Part shown: piece after piece, positions 26,904 to 39,109 of the stretch
How positions within the stretch are numbered: the stretch's first letter is position 1
Layout: every line of letters begins with the position of its first letter
Assembly: GCA_002104905.1 (NCBI GenBank)
Contig: MCFE01000698.1
Location: forward strand, 1-44,227
Direction: 5' to 3'
Length of the DNA: 44,227 bases
Origin: Basidiobolus meristosporus CBS 931.73
Taxonomy: Eukaryota; Fungi; Basidiobolomycota
Translations under genes and position numbers: made by a program
Notes under the pieces: model-generated
Database searches by the model: none
The model's input: the letters and a program-made list of their open reading frames with translations, nothing else
What the model was told of the DNA's origin: nothing

Positions 26904-27256
26904 CACGTCGGCTGACTGGGCCTTATCACCACCCTTCCCGCTGCCTAAACACAACCCCCTTTACGAGAACTACTGACCGCTGGTCAATCTGTACATTAGA
27001 ATGGCTCTAGTTTTACTGATTCTTTTCACCCACGAGATACACCCCACCCGTTCAAGGTCACAGCCAATTGAGTATTCTGGAATAAGAATAAAAATCAGCA
27101 TATCCTATATGAAAAAGCATGACAAAGTAGCATTGATCCACTGAGAACAAAGAAATTTGGCTCAGGTGAGAGGCGGCCAAAAATCAGAAATTTCGAATTC
27201 GGCCCATTCCATACTCTCCCCTAGCACCTTTGTTTTGCAGTCAAGTCTATTCCAGC

Positions 27257-29836
27257 ATGGCCGACCACATGGAGACAGATGAGCAAGTCAAGACCGTTGA
27301 GAAGGAAGTTCCTCTCTCTCTGGACAGTATCCTTTTTTATGAGCGCTACTGGTCCGAGGTAATCGGGCCTGGATCTTGGACTAATCGACCCACTACTCGC
27401 AGCAGTACGGTTTCATCCTTCTTGACTCGATCGCTCTTTTTTAGTTTTGAATATCTGCAATGATGCACGTAACACCTATGGACTTCGTCACCAAGATTAT
27501 CAAAGATACCGGTTGGTTGCGTCCTGTTTGAAACCTGAGGTGGAAACCACCGTCGAAGTACTGATTTTCCTCCCTTTCACTCCCCAACAGCCAATTCTGC
27601 GCGGGGAAGATCCATCGTCTGCGTAAGTCGGTCGAGTTCTCCCACGGGAAGGGAAGGACCTTTCAAAAGAAGATCATCACCCCCGACGTCGTGAACGATT
27701 CCCGGTAGATGCTCGGATTTATTTGTCACCGGTACGGCAGGAAACCGGCACTAATGTCGCTGTTCCCCCCCTCCACTTTAGTTTCCTTCACATCATTTTG
27801 TTCGATTGTGAGCGCGCTTGGAGTTACGCTATGGAGTTGAAGGCTGAGGCCGGAGGTTACGAGGAGCCGCGCAAGCACAATCATCTGATCCGACGTCTTC
27901 GCAGAGCTGTGCAGAATGCGAAATTGTTGAATGATATATGCTCGCCCGACGCTGGCAAAGTTGACCCGAAGACAAGTCTCGAAGCACAGGTAAGGCTGCA
28001 GGGTGGCGAGATGCTAAGTATGGTTTGGTTTTTAACTGGGGGTTGATTCAAGGCCTACTACAATGCCATGTGCGGTCACTTGAATTTCGAGCAACAATCC
28101 TGGCAACTGGCATTGGAGAAGTACGCGGCGGCTAGGTAAATTCTATTTTGTTTGGTGGGGAGCGATTGGGCTTAGCTTTGGACGCTCATGCCGAATTTAT
28201 TCCAGAATCATCTACGGAAAGCTTGCCAACACTGGAACCCCTCATCAAGAGGCTCTTTGCCATGCTGCCATTGATGAGAACGATCCCAGTATCCGTTACT
28301 GCGCATACAATCTGCGTCTAGGAGACGGAAACACGAACCTGGATGCCCTCGTCGAGTCCGTCATGCAGAAGAGTGGAGCCCAAACCAACCATTTAGATCA
28401 ACTTGCAGCTCAGATCGAGGTAAGATTTGTTGGTATGTCGCTGAGAACCCACTGATTGACGCCATAGACATACAGTCTACACATACGGAAACCCGTCAGA
28501 AGCAGGTGGAAGACTTGTCCTCGATCGAATGGAGAAACAATACCATCCCCGTCAAGAATGCCGACCTGGCTGTGGCAATCTTGAAGATCCAAGACAGCGA
28601 CCTGGATTTGGACTCGAACAACGACGAGATGGTGCTCGAGTCATTCGACAAAACCCTTGCGCTCTACAAAGACACGGAGAAGCTCTGCCAGAAGATCATC
28701 AAAGATGACGCTGTACGTGAAATGATTGCTTCGCTCGTACGAGCCATCACGCTGACCCACCTATTCTAGGCCGCCACCGCCAAAGTCAAGTCCTCCAAAT
28801 CCGAGGAAAACACCTCCAACCTCAGGAGCATTTTCAAATACATCGTGTATCACCGCCATCTACAAACTCTCAAGAGAAACCTTTTCTTGGTCAGATCCAT
28901 CAAAGCACGTATCGAGGGAGGTATTGCTCCTGTAAATCTTGCCAAGCCCCCAAGATACCAGGATCTGGTGAAGCTTTACGACAGCATTCTTCAGGTAAGT
29001 TCTGGCTCGGCATAGGACACATGCAGCACCCATTACTCACCAGGTGCCTCAGGTTCTAGACGAGTTGAAGGACTTCTTGATCTCGCAGGATGAGCCAGCG
29101 CTTGGTAGCATCGTCGAAGTAGCCACCCTGTATTATCGTGGGGCCAGGTAAGCTACGCAGCACTCCGTTTATGACCCATTCGTTGGCCATGTCTAGGGTA
29201 TTCTGACTCGTACAATCTAGATGCTATAATGTGGCGATCACCTATGTAGACATCAACAAGTGGACCGAAGCGTACGCATTGCTCGAAAGAGTGAACTCGC
29301 GTCTTACTCAATACAAATCTGAGCGACAAGCGATCCCAGGCGATGTGGTCCAGGATACTGAATTGGTCATTCCCGAATCACAGATCAGCGAGCTGGAAAC
29401 CATGGTCCGTCGCCAGAAATCCAAGGTCCATGCCGCATGGTACCTTCAACAAGGGAATGAGGAGGCCGGGATCACGGGTCAAATGTCCAACATGAACATC
29501 GATGATATCAAGGAGGAGGCACAGGTAGGGATTAGAAGACTTGCTTGGTACTTCTGTGCTTGGTTAACACTGTTCTACGCCTTTTCCTAGAACAATGTGC
29601 CTTTGATCGACAGTCTTGAGGCGTACCCTGAGGTGATGCCTAAAAACTCGGAGGGTTTGCCTTACTTGATCGATTTGCCGCCCAAACTTCAACCAGTCCC
29701 ATGTAAACCGCTGTTCTTTGACATTGCATTCAACAAAATAGAGTATCCCAGCACACTGGATGAACGTGCCGGTAAATCTCAAGATGCTGCTAGTCGTCTT
29801 AGCGGGTTCTTCGGCTCTTTTTGGGGCCGTAGCTAA
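27257..29836 (+). CDS. SRP68: Signal recognition particle subunit SRP68, multi-exon
   Basis: ARNTYGLRHQDYQRYRQFC, ERAWSYAMELK, HLIRRLRRA, SIRYCAYN, and C-terminal PKLQPVPCKPLFFDIAFNKIEYP...GFFGSFWG. Confidence 0.93.
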
Positions 29837-30308
29837 ACGAATTGGTGCCCGGTAATATCTATGCAATTCCCCTACAACGAACCAACTACTGGATGTTTTT
29901 ACTCTATTAAAGAATAATTAAGGAAATCCACCCAACTGTACCTCTGCTCAAGTCCATCATCCCTGTTTTAATATGAATTCCAATGCTGACACTGCGGGTC
30001 AATACCATGGGTTGGATCAATCGCTAACGTATATTCTATGGTTTCCGTGCTATTCAGACTCCCAAGCTTCATTGGTGGGAAATAGGCGATTGTTTCGTAC
30101 AATCTCATCGTGAATTAAGCTCATGTATGAGCATATTGCCTATACTATAGCTTCTGAGTAATCATTATGCAAGCCACTGGTGGCTTAGTCGTTGGTCTTG
30201 ATGGCGATAGTGACTCCAAATATTACGAAATGAACTTCCCATGCTTTCCAACCATTGCTCGTCTGGGTGGCTTAGACACTGGTCTTCCGGTGGTTTCTAG
30301 GGCAAACG

Positions 30309-30315
30309 TATATAA
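30309..30315 (+). promoter_or_regulatory. Probable TATA box of the repeat-protein gene
   Basis: TATATAA about 65 bp upstream of an ATG in CACCGACCATG context. Confidence 0.5.
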
Positions 30316-30378
30316 GAGCGGTTGAAGCCACCATCCAATCTACAGCAAAGTTTCTTCGCTAAATAACTAACACCGACC

Positions 30379-31407
30379 ATGTCTTACTCTCGCCAACCAC
30401 AACACTCTCGTCCTAACCGCCAATACGAGAATGAGTACGAAAGAGACTCTCAAAGACACCATCCCGGAAGCCGTTACTCATACCCTAACACTGATCAAGA
30501 ACACAGATTAAGCGAAGGCCGCTATGGGAGCAGATACGGTCGCCAATACGGCCGCGAGTTTGATGAGGATCAGGAACAGTACCCTCGCAGCCGCCGTTAC
30601 GGCCGCGGTCAAAGTCGTCAATACGAAGATGATGAAGATTACCCCTACAGCCGCCGCTATGGTCGTGGATTTGGTCGCGAGTACGAGGATGACGAAGAGT
30701 TCCCACGTAGCCGCCGTTACGGTCGCGGTCTAGGCCGTCAATATGAGTATGATGAGGAGTACCCACGCAGCCGCCGTTATGGTCGTGGACAGGGTCGCCA
30801 ATATGAGGACGATGAGGAATACCCACGCAACCGTCGCTACGGACGTGGATTTGGCCGCCAGTATGAGGACGATGAGGAGTACCCATACAACCGTCGCTAC
30901 GGCCGCGGTCAGGGCCGTCAGTATGAGGATGATGAGGAGTACCCACGCAGCCGTCGTTATGGCCGTGGCCAAGGCCGTCAATATGAGGATGATGAGGAGT
31001 ACCCACGCAACCGTCGTTATGGTCGTGGTCAGGGTCGTCAATATGAGGATGATGATGAGTACCCACGCAACCGTCGTTATGGTCGTGGATTCGGTCGTGA
31101 ATACGAAGATGAGGAGGAGTATCCACGCAATCGCCGCTACGGCCGTGGACAAGGTAGCCGATATGAAGATGAGGAGGAATATCCACGCAACCGCCGTTAC
31201 GGCCGTGGACAGGGTAGCCGATATGAAGAGGATGAGGAATATCCACGCAACCGCCGTTACGGCCGTGGACAAGGTAGCCGATATGAAGAGGATGAGGAAT
31301 ACCCTCATAACCGTCGTTACGGCCGTGGACAAGGACGTCAATACGAAGACGAGCAAGAATACCCCCGTAACCGTCGCTACGGCCGTCAAAAGGATAGCCA
31401 ATACTAA
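30379..31407 (+). CDS. Intronless 342-aa tandem-repeat protein (13 full + 1 partial 20-aa units, consensus YPRNRRYGRGQGRQYEDDEE); function unknown
   Basis: Single ORF with TATA and good start context. The 60-nt units vary mostly at synonymous positions while residues stay conserved. No signal peptide or hydrophobic segment. Confidence 0.85.
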   Translation: MSYSRQPQHSRPNRQYENEYERDSQRHHPGSRYSYPNTDQEHRLSEGRYGSRYGRQYGREFDEDQEQYPRSRRYGRGQSRQYEDDEDYPYSRRYGRGFGREYEDDEEFPRSRRYGRGLGRQYEYDEEYPRSRRYGRGQGRQYEDDEEYPRNRRYGRGFGRQYEDDEEYPYNRRYGRGQGRQYEDDEEYPRSRRYGRGQGRQYEDDEEYPRNRRYGRGQGRQYEDDDEYPRNRRYGRGFGREYEDEEEYPRNRRYGRGQGSRYEDEEEYPRNRRYGRGQGSRYEEDEEYPRNRRYGRGQGSRYEEDEEYPHNRRYGRGQGRQYEDEQEYPRNRRYGRQKDSQY

Positions 31408-31937
31408 AATCAATGAAACACACAGTTGAAAATGTTGATGTCAAACTTTCCATCTCCAACACACTGGAGAAGTTTATTCGAAATAAATGCTAGCTAACTT
31501 GCTAAATGTATAAAGCCCGTTTCTCTACATCCGACGAATTGTAAACAGAGACCCCTATTTCCGCGTACCATTTCAGTTCAAAGCAACTTGCTCCTTGGTG
31601 ACTAAAAATCAAGCTGCAATTGGATCTAGCTGGATTCCGTCCAATGGCTTGTTCAAGCGCTGGTATATTTCTCAAGGCTTTGTTGGACAGCATTATCAAG
31701 CATACATCAGATTTGAGGGTCGTATAGAAATAGTATGACACCAGGCTTTGCATCCAGATAGTGGCCCATATTCATAGTTTGCCTTGCTACTTTTCCCAAT
31801 TCAATATCCACTTGAGTTGGGCAACACAAACGGCACTATTCTGGAATAGAATACAACATCCTACTTAAAGTGGTCGTTCAATCAAGTCTGTATACTGTAA
31901 GAGAAGATTTTAGCTCACCCAACTTGTAATATTCTCA

Positions 31938-31938
<1 letters not shown>

Positions 31939-31980
<42 letters not shown>
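31939..31980. repeat. (CA)15(TA)6 microsatellite
   Basis: Directly visible. Confidence 0.95.
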
Positions 31981-34390
31981 GATACAGCATTTCAAATTTC
32001 AGTATCAATTGGGAGCCAGCAAAGTAGGGCAGATGTCTACTATAGAAGCTGGAATTTCATTGTCAATTTCCATGTAGAAGAATCGCACCATATGCTACTA
32101 CACCAAGTGGTTTGGGCGCGATGAGTACAAAGGATCCTAGACCGACTACTGTGGCCTAATATTGCACGCGATGGTTCAGCCAAAGCATTGATATTGCGCT
32201 TGCCTGATATTCAACGTGAAAAGCGCCCCAATGCAGAGTTCCCACCTGAGGCTGATAGGCCGGTATGAAGCCTGCCTTGATCACACCATTCCAACGAGGC
32301 ACCCGTTAGCGAGTAATGAGTATTGAGCATTGAAAAATAAATTGTTGGTCATTGCACGTAGAACAGTCATGTCGTGTGGGTAAATGGGGGAAGAGCACTT
32401 GGCGATTAGTTTGTATGGATCTGGTCGCTAATATCCGTGCAGTTGGTCATTGGTTTGTACAGCATAAAAGCTGATGATTTTGAACAAAGTGCTGAAGTCT
32501 TGCACCTCGTTTACGTCGAAGTACAGTGGCGATTCAAATGGGTCATGTGCCTGTTTTCAGTCAACTATTTGGCATATGGAATAGACATGCTTAACTAAAA
32601 CTTATAAAAGAGGTTTCAAAGCATCCTAATACAACGCGCGTTAGGGATAGACCATGATAGATTAATATATATCCGTCTTACGAAGTGTATCCGCTGAAGT
32701 CGGAAACTCCCGTGTTCGTTACTAATACACTAAGCTACTGCATAACAAGATAGTATTATGTTGATACCTCAATGGACAGCTCGATGTAGTTCCACTTCTG
32801 TATGATCAAGTATAGGGGAGTGATTCGGAACACAGGTGTGTAACTTGGGGGAGGGGACTTTCCTTCTTTTCAGTGGTTTCTAGATCTGGCAACGTATCTT
32901 ACTCCGTTGGTTTCTGACAACATGGCCGAGAAGCCCCTTGTAGTTGCTTTTCCGGTGAGGTCAACCATATAAATGAACGCTTCATACATACTCAATGTTT
33001 CAGATCCACATGCTATGTCCTTATCGACGGGCGGCCCTAGAGATTGCTCACATTCCTATCGACAGACCTACTGCATATGTTACAGACGCTCGGCCAACAA
33101 GTTTGGATCATTTCATGTATATAGCGTTAACGACATGAATGCTGCCCATTGTTTGCTGAGACCACGTCTCGAGTTCACATGTCCATAGCTATATATCTTT
33201 TGTTATGAATGAATGAGAGCGATATGGACATCGTAGTGTGTATATTTAGCCACCAAATCCAACTATTGCCTGAGGCAACGCAGCAGTTAGTGATCATAAA
33301 GACTTGGGTATTTATCCAAGAACAACAGCCTCTATGCACACTCCAGTGACATGGTTGATTTGAATGATGGGTAGAGAGGCCAGATATGGGTAGACTGATA
33401 CGTCAACTGGGTACTTTGAAGGTTGATCAACCATCCTAGCGCCAGGGAATATATACCAAAAGACACGGTTTTGGTCTTATGAACAGCTATAAGAATGATG
33501 TCGATTAGTGGAGTAGTGCGCCAAGAAATCAATCAATCACTTATGCCATGCTCTGCCGATCGAAGCATAAACTCCGCCATATCTGTACTAGTGCGCAAGA
33601 AAAGGGTATGATTACTCCATGTCGATGTTCGATATTGAGGTCCCAATAAGTCGCGCAGGGCAGTATTAGTGAAATGCTGCCTCGTGCGTATTCCTGGGGT
33701 TCTAGATACGTGACCGGCCGAATTCTTCATTCTAATCGCGGTAATGCCTAAGCGGATACCACTTCAATCGATTGCGGACTGTGCAAGGATTTAGCATTTG
33801 TGCTTGCGAAGAGTGAACACCACCGTGGCCGGAAAGTGCACCATGTGCCAAACAGGGGGGCTTTCTGAATGAAGAGCTGAGGAAATGCCCTGGCAGTAAA
33901 TGGGAAAAGAAGGGGGAATGAGTGTCGGCGGTGAGCGCATGTGATGCATCTTTAGGGCTTCTAGATTTGGCCAACTGATTGGAACGGGTGCAGTACATAT
34001 GATACTTTATAGCCTACGATGGTTTCAACTGTTCAAGTGTGGGACTTGATATGCTGAGGTCCATAATAGGAAGTTTGCTCACAACAACATCCCGAATTTG
34101 CGTGTATGATGTGTGTGGATCTTTATTTTCAGACAATAAAGTAGTGAAGGTTGCCTTAAATGGACAGGCGGAATGCTCTGGATACCTTGTTAGAGGGTAT
34201 CTTTCGCAGAACGGCTCCGGGACAGACTAATATGATAGCACTGGGGGGCTATGTCTCTCTAAACAAACAAAAGCTCGATATAAAAACTCATATGAACATT
34301 CTAGTAATAACTCTGATTCATACACACGACTACCCAATGGGTGGGTGGCTCCAGTTCCGTAGTGGATTAGCTGATAGAGGGCTGCGTTAG

Positions 34391-34398
34391 TATAAATA
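34391..34398 (+). promoter_or_regulatory. Probable TATA box of the TDT transporter gene
   Basis: TATAAATA about 75 bp upstream of the ATG at 34471. Confidence 0.5.
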
Positions 34399-34470
34399 GT
34401 CGTTGAGAAGCCCCGAGGTGCCGGCCGAATTCATATTTCTATCAGCAAATTGTTCATCGCATTCATAAAC

Positions 34471-35649
34471 ATGAAGGGTCCGTTTTCAGAGCTCGCGCAC
34501 CCGCGGGAGATCATCAGGAACTTCGTTCCCGGATGGTTCGCCATCAATATGGGTACTGGAATTACCGGGATCGTGATCGCCAACTTCCCATTCCCTTTTC
34601 GTGGAATGATTGTCATTGGGTCGATCTTCTTCCTGACCAATGTTTGCTTGTTCATTTTATTCTCGCTTCTGTTTGCCGCCCGTCTGGTCATGTTTCCGGA
34701 GACCATTGCCCCGCTTCTTAGGAGCCACCAGCTGCTGATGTTCGGTGCCATCCCTATGGGGCTGACCACGCTGACAAATTATACAATCATGGTGCTTCAT
34801 CCTACACATTCCTGGGGGATAGAGCTGGCGTATGTGCTGTGGTGGATTCAGTTTGCATTCACCATGATCAGCATCTTTGGAGTGCCATTCTGTATGATGA
34901 GATATCATAGCCACAACATCGAGAATATGACTGGGCTGTGGCTCTTCCCACTTGTACCAGCAGTGGTTACAGGTGCCTCTGGGTGTTACTTGGCTCGCTT
35001 CTTGGAGCTTGAAGGCCACAGAGCGCCTATGATTTTGGGCGTCGCCGGAATCACACTTTGCTGTGGTATTTCATTGGCCCTTCCGGTGATTGGAATCTAC
35101 TTCTACAGATTGATCGTCCACGACTTCGTTCCCAAGGATATCATTGTCAGTAGTTTCTTGCCGGTTGGTCCATTAGGTCAAGGTACCTACGGTATCATTC
35201 AGATGGGATGGGCATTCCAAAGGATTATCGGAGACAAGTATGCCCCGGGGTTCGGAGATAGTGCCTTTGCCTGCTGTATCGTGATTGCTTACTTCTTGTG
35301 GGGCTATGGATTGTACTACATGGTGTTCGCCTTCACTTCAGTGTTTATCAGATTGAGAGAAGGAATCCCATACAACCTGGGCTGGTGGGGACTTACTTTC
35401 CCCATAGGAGTGTTCACTGCCGGGACCATGAACATAGCCGTTGCTACCGATTCCAGGTTCTTCCGTGGATTGACCGCATTGTTCGTGTGCATCCTGGTGA
35501 TCAACTGGTTCATTGCAGCCAGCAACACACTTACAAGAATCTATACCGGATCGATCTTCAAGGCGCCGTGTCTTCAGGAAAAGCACGCTAAAAGTACAGA
35601 TTCTGAGATGCAGGTGCGCAACACCGATGATCATATCACCCATGTTTAG
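34471..35649 (+). CDS. TDT/SLAC1-family (C4-dicarboxylate/malate or sulfite efflux, Mae1/Ssu1-like) transporter, intronless, ~392 aa
   Basis: IRNFVPGWFAINMGTGI, FGAIPMGL, MTGLWLFPLVPAVV, FLPVGPLGQG, LGWWGLTFPIGV; about ten hydrophobic segments. The true ATG is at 34471 (the track uses TTG 34450). Substrate cannot be assigned. Confidence 0.9.
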   Translation: MKGPFSELAHPREIIRNFVPGWFAINMGTGITGIVIANFPFPFRGMIVIGSIFFLTNVCLFILFSLLFAARLVMFPETIAPLLRSHQLLMFGAIPMGLTTLTNYTIMVLHPTHSWGIELAYVLWWIQFAFTMISIFGVPFCMMRYHSHNIENMTGLWLFPLVPAVVTGASGCYLARFLELEGHRAPMILGVAGITLCCGISLALPVIGIYFYRLIVHDFVPKDIIVSSFLPVGPLGQGTYGIIQMGWAFQRIIGDKYAPGFGDSAFACCIVIAYFLWGYGLYYMVFAFTSVFIRLREGIPYNLGWWGLTFPIGVFTAGTMNIAVATDSRFFRGLTALFVCILVINWFIAASNTLTRIYTGSIFKAPCLQEKHAKSTDSEMQVRNTDDHITHV

Positions 35650-37479
35650 TGTAGTAATAGAGAGTACATGTAAATAACCAAAACATACCCTTAATGCAAC
35701 ATCTCGACTATTCAAGTTGCAAACAATCTCTCAACACCGGCATGAATTCCCAATTTCTGAGGACGTCGTGCTTATATCATGTCTGTAGTTATTTTCCCAA
35801 ACTTTCATTCTCAGTAGCTACAAACCCCACTTTGCGTTGACAACTTATGGCTCTTTAGTTCAGATAATTGCCGCATCATGTAAATACAGAAAAGCCTTGA
35901 TTTCAATCAATTATCTAGTAAGCGTAGACCATGCTTTCTTCTATGGCTCCGATTATGGCTGGATTTTTAATTGCGTCACAAAGCAGCATTGTGATTAGTA
36001 AATTTTACTAGTACAATGTGGCTAAGCCTTCAATAATGCGAATACTACTGGCGACCATATTATATCGAAGGGTTACCATGGGTGATGTGCAGTTGCAACG
36101 CAGTGAACTCTCTATTGCTTGACTAAGAGGCACTATAGCATTGTTTGATTGTAAGCACACTTCATCAGTTGCCTTGCTGGTTCTTACTATTGCCGTCTCA
36201 TGTTTTGCATTGGCCTACTCATTCCTCACCCGAGTAGGGTTAACAATGGCCTTACCTTAGAGTTTGTTGCATGTTCTACATTTCCATATTGGAGATATGT
36301 ATCTCCGTCGGGAACCAGACAAGACAAACCGAAGTGGCGAACAAGGTGGCAGAAGGCCATCCGAATATATCTTCACTTGATATCTCATTGTGGCAGTGCG
36401 GAGTGTAAGTAAAAGTATGGATCTCTCCGGAAAGGGCATCGAGGTTATCAAGATAGCCATTCTAGCACTCGTTGTCTTCCGCAGCGCCGTTCATTAGAAC
36501 AGAGCACGGTGTATATGGAGGTCGTTCTTAAAGGTTCCACTCTGCATCGATCTGACCTTTTGCGCTAATTCGTTGGTGTGCCACTTGCACTCACGGTATA
36601 GTTCGAGTAAGCATCCAGTTAACAATCGATGAGAGAAAATCCCTTCAATTGGTTATATCACGTAACAAGTAGGTGTCAATCTTTGATATTCGACCTCAAC
36701 CTTACTCATAAGCCCGAATCAATGATCGGCCGTATCACAGGTTGTTACCAGTAAAATGCAATAGGTAGAGCCGGGCTTAGGTGGGGGGGGGTTCAAAGGT
36801 CATTTATCGTGACATACGCATACAGCGAGATAATTTGGCGCTTGACCGAACCAACTCTCCGATTCACCTTGGGAAATGACACAGCCAGTATATAGATTGT
36901 GCTTTCGCACCGGAGGCTACGAATCCTATTCAACTTACGGTGCGTATATTCTGTGATCTTGACTTATCCATCAACATTTACGTACAGATAGCATTCATCA
37001 AACAGTAAATGACATCACAATCATGTCCGCAATATGCATGCAAAAGCTATTATCAAGACAGTATCGCATCATCCACGGGGTTGCGGAGCAAAACCAAAAA
37101 GCTATATTGTAGGTGTATTCTGATAAAAGATGGTTGCAACGATGGACTTCGTGCGGCTACGGTGTGATTACTGACAAATGAAGTTAGAGCCGTATCAAGC
37201 ACTCCACTAATCTTAGTTAATGAACCCCAAAATCACGCGATGTTGCTGAACAGTGCCCATTGCATCATGCTTCTGGAGAGTGTTATGTAAAGAAGAGAGC
37301 CTTGATTAAATGGCCATTAATTACTGTTTATGCCTTAATGGATGATCGGAGTATTAGTGACCAGAGGTTTAGAGTTGCAGTTTAAAGGAAGAGATAGATC
37401 ACTACATATTAATGAGCATATCTCTACTCCAGACTCACTGACATGGCAGAGAAACTTTTTGCATAAAAATATTGAAACC

Positions 37480-38370
37480 TCTTGGCATTTACACTGCCTC
37501 TAGCCAACTTGTGTAATAGTCTCTGCACAGGCACTGTGCCCAGTATTTTCCAACTCTTCCTGCCTGTCCTCCATATGCCAACTCATCACATCCATGACAG
37601 ACCTGAAGGTAATATTCTTGATCAGATTGGAAATGACAGTACTTGCAACTTAACATGTCTTCCTATCTCCCCACCAATCTACTATATAGGAAACTCCCAA
37701 GAGGTGAAGCAAGGTCCAATATTCTCAACACACCAAGCAAGATGAAGTAGAGAACGGATACAGTAGCAACAAAGATATGTCTTCAGCTTTATGCTTGTGG
37801 TATAGCCACTCAATCTCATAATAAGCTCCTTGTATAAAATCTGTAGATGCTCCAAATTGCTGTTGGTGATCTGTTTAAGGATAAATATTGCTACAATCTC
37901 AACATATGACTCCCAATATATTCTGGATAGAGATTACTTCAGAAAGCCACTTGAATAAGTACCTCTCCAGTTCATCCAGTTGTTGCATTTGTACTGTTGC
38001 TCATGTGTAAGAATATTAAATGGAGCTTTTGGGCAGTGCTGTGGGTGGCTGATACTCTGCAATATATTAATAATTCTTTCAAATTTCTCTGGTATCTCCA
38101 AGGTCTCACTTATCTTGAGATATCTCATATACCACTTGGTCATTAGTATTGAGAGATTGTTGAAGAGCAATTGCATTATAGCCATTGGTGTGTAGATTGC
38201 CAACTCTGTAGCAATTGCATGCTGACCTCTATACATTTTTCTGTGGCAAGATGATGCTCATAGTATAGGTATTTGAAGAATATAAATAGATGTCAGTTAT
38301 TCAGTATATCTCACTTGATGATTTACTCAATGTAGAAGTAATATTTGTACTTTTGCATGGTCCTGGCATA
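37480..38370 (-). mobile_element. Second degenerate CACTA-type transposase fragment
   Basis: PMAIMQLLFNNLSILMTKWY...EIPEKFERI parallels 10471-10935; 37545-37630 matches 11960-12050 in reverse. Confidence 0.7.
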
Positions 38371-38376
38371 TCAATC

Positions 38377-38960
38377 TAGTGTAATATGTCTTGGAAGATC
38401 CCAAGAACATGTGTGCAGAGCTTGGGGGTGTTTGAATAACTTTGAGAATCTCCATGTTCTGGGTACCTGAAGTATTGGTGGCAATATTTCAAGTATATCC
38501 CAATAAGGAATTTGATCAGTGCTCTCTGAGATCTGTAAATGATGAGCTAAGTGAGTAAGTCAGATGAGTATTTAGGTGGAATTGCAAATCTTTACAATAC
38601 TCCCACTCAACTAAATGCTCATACTCACTATTAACATTAACCAAAGATACTCAAATTTGTCTCTAGCAAATGGTTGGTAAATATGTTGGCCATCATTTCA
38701 TCTGTAGGAGAGTAAGCCAAGTTAAGTAAGCTATTCCCTATAGCTTTGCTTATGAAATGATGTCCATTATCTATAAGCTTGGTTCTAGCTTGACAAGTTG
38801 GATTTCTATTGAATAGTATATGACCGTATTATCTACAAATAAAGCAATAGGCGCTTTTTGATATAAGCCTAAGTCTTGAAAAAGCTTTGTAAAACACATT
38901 GCTTCATTTGTAGCTTCACAGGCTGCCATATACTCTGCTTCTGTGGTGGAAAGTGCAATG
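38377..38960 (-). mobile_element. Diverged Copia 3' end (RNase H, PPT, internally deleted LTR 38377-38599)
   Basis: Minus strand reads MAACEATNEAM... like 2752-3075; GAGTGGGAG PPT; LTR similar to the other Copia LTRs. Confidence 0.75.
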
Positions 38961-39019
38961 CTTAGTAGAGACTGGATTGTACCCAGAAGGAACCTATCTT
39001 ACTTTGGTAAAGTTGTCCT

Positions 39020-39109
39020 GATAACAATTAGTTGCTAGTTGCATCCAATCCAACTTTCCATTACCTGACTGATCACCCATGCATTGGGGCAGCTTAGCTT
39101 CTTGATGCC
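39020..39109 (-). mobile_element. CACTA-type element 3' fragment flanking the chromovirus LTR
   Basis: Reverse complement matches 12084-12166 (CCCAATGCATGGGT...GCAACTAAT). Confidence 0.65.

Noticed and set aside
30379-31407. Kex2-processed repeat peptide or RiPP precursor (RR in each unit)
   Set aside because: There is no N-terminal signal peptide, so entry into the secretory pathway is unlikely.
30485-31462. Long overlapping ORFs (325, 227, 228 aa) and a CRISPR-like periodicity
   Set aside because: They are shadow frames of the 60-nt coding repeat. There are no unique spacers and the context is eukaryotic.
31450-34390. Hidden gene or ncRNA in the 3-kb intergenic block
   Set aside because: Only short ORFs without motifs; no tRNA, snoRNA or repeat structure that I could support.
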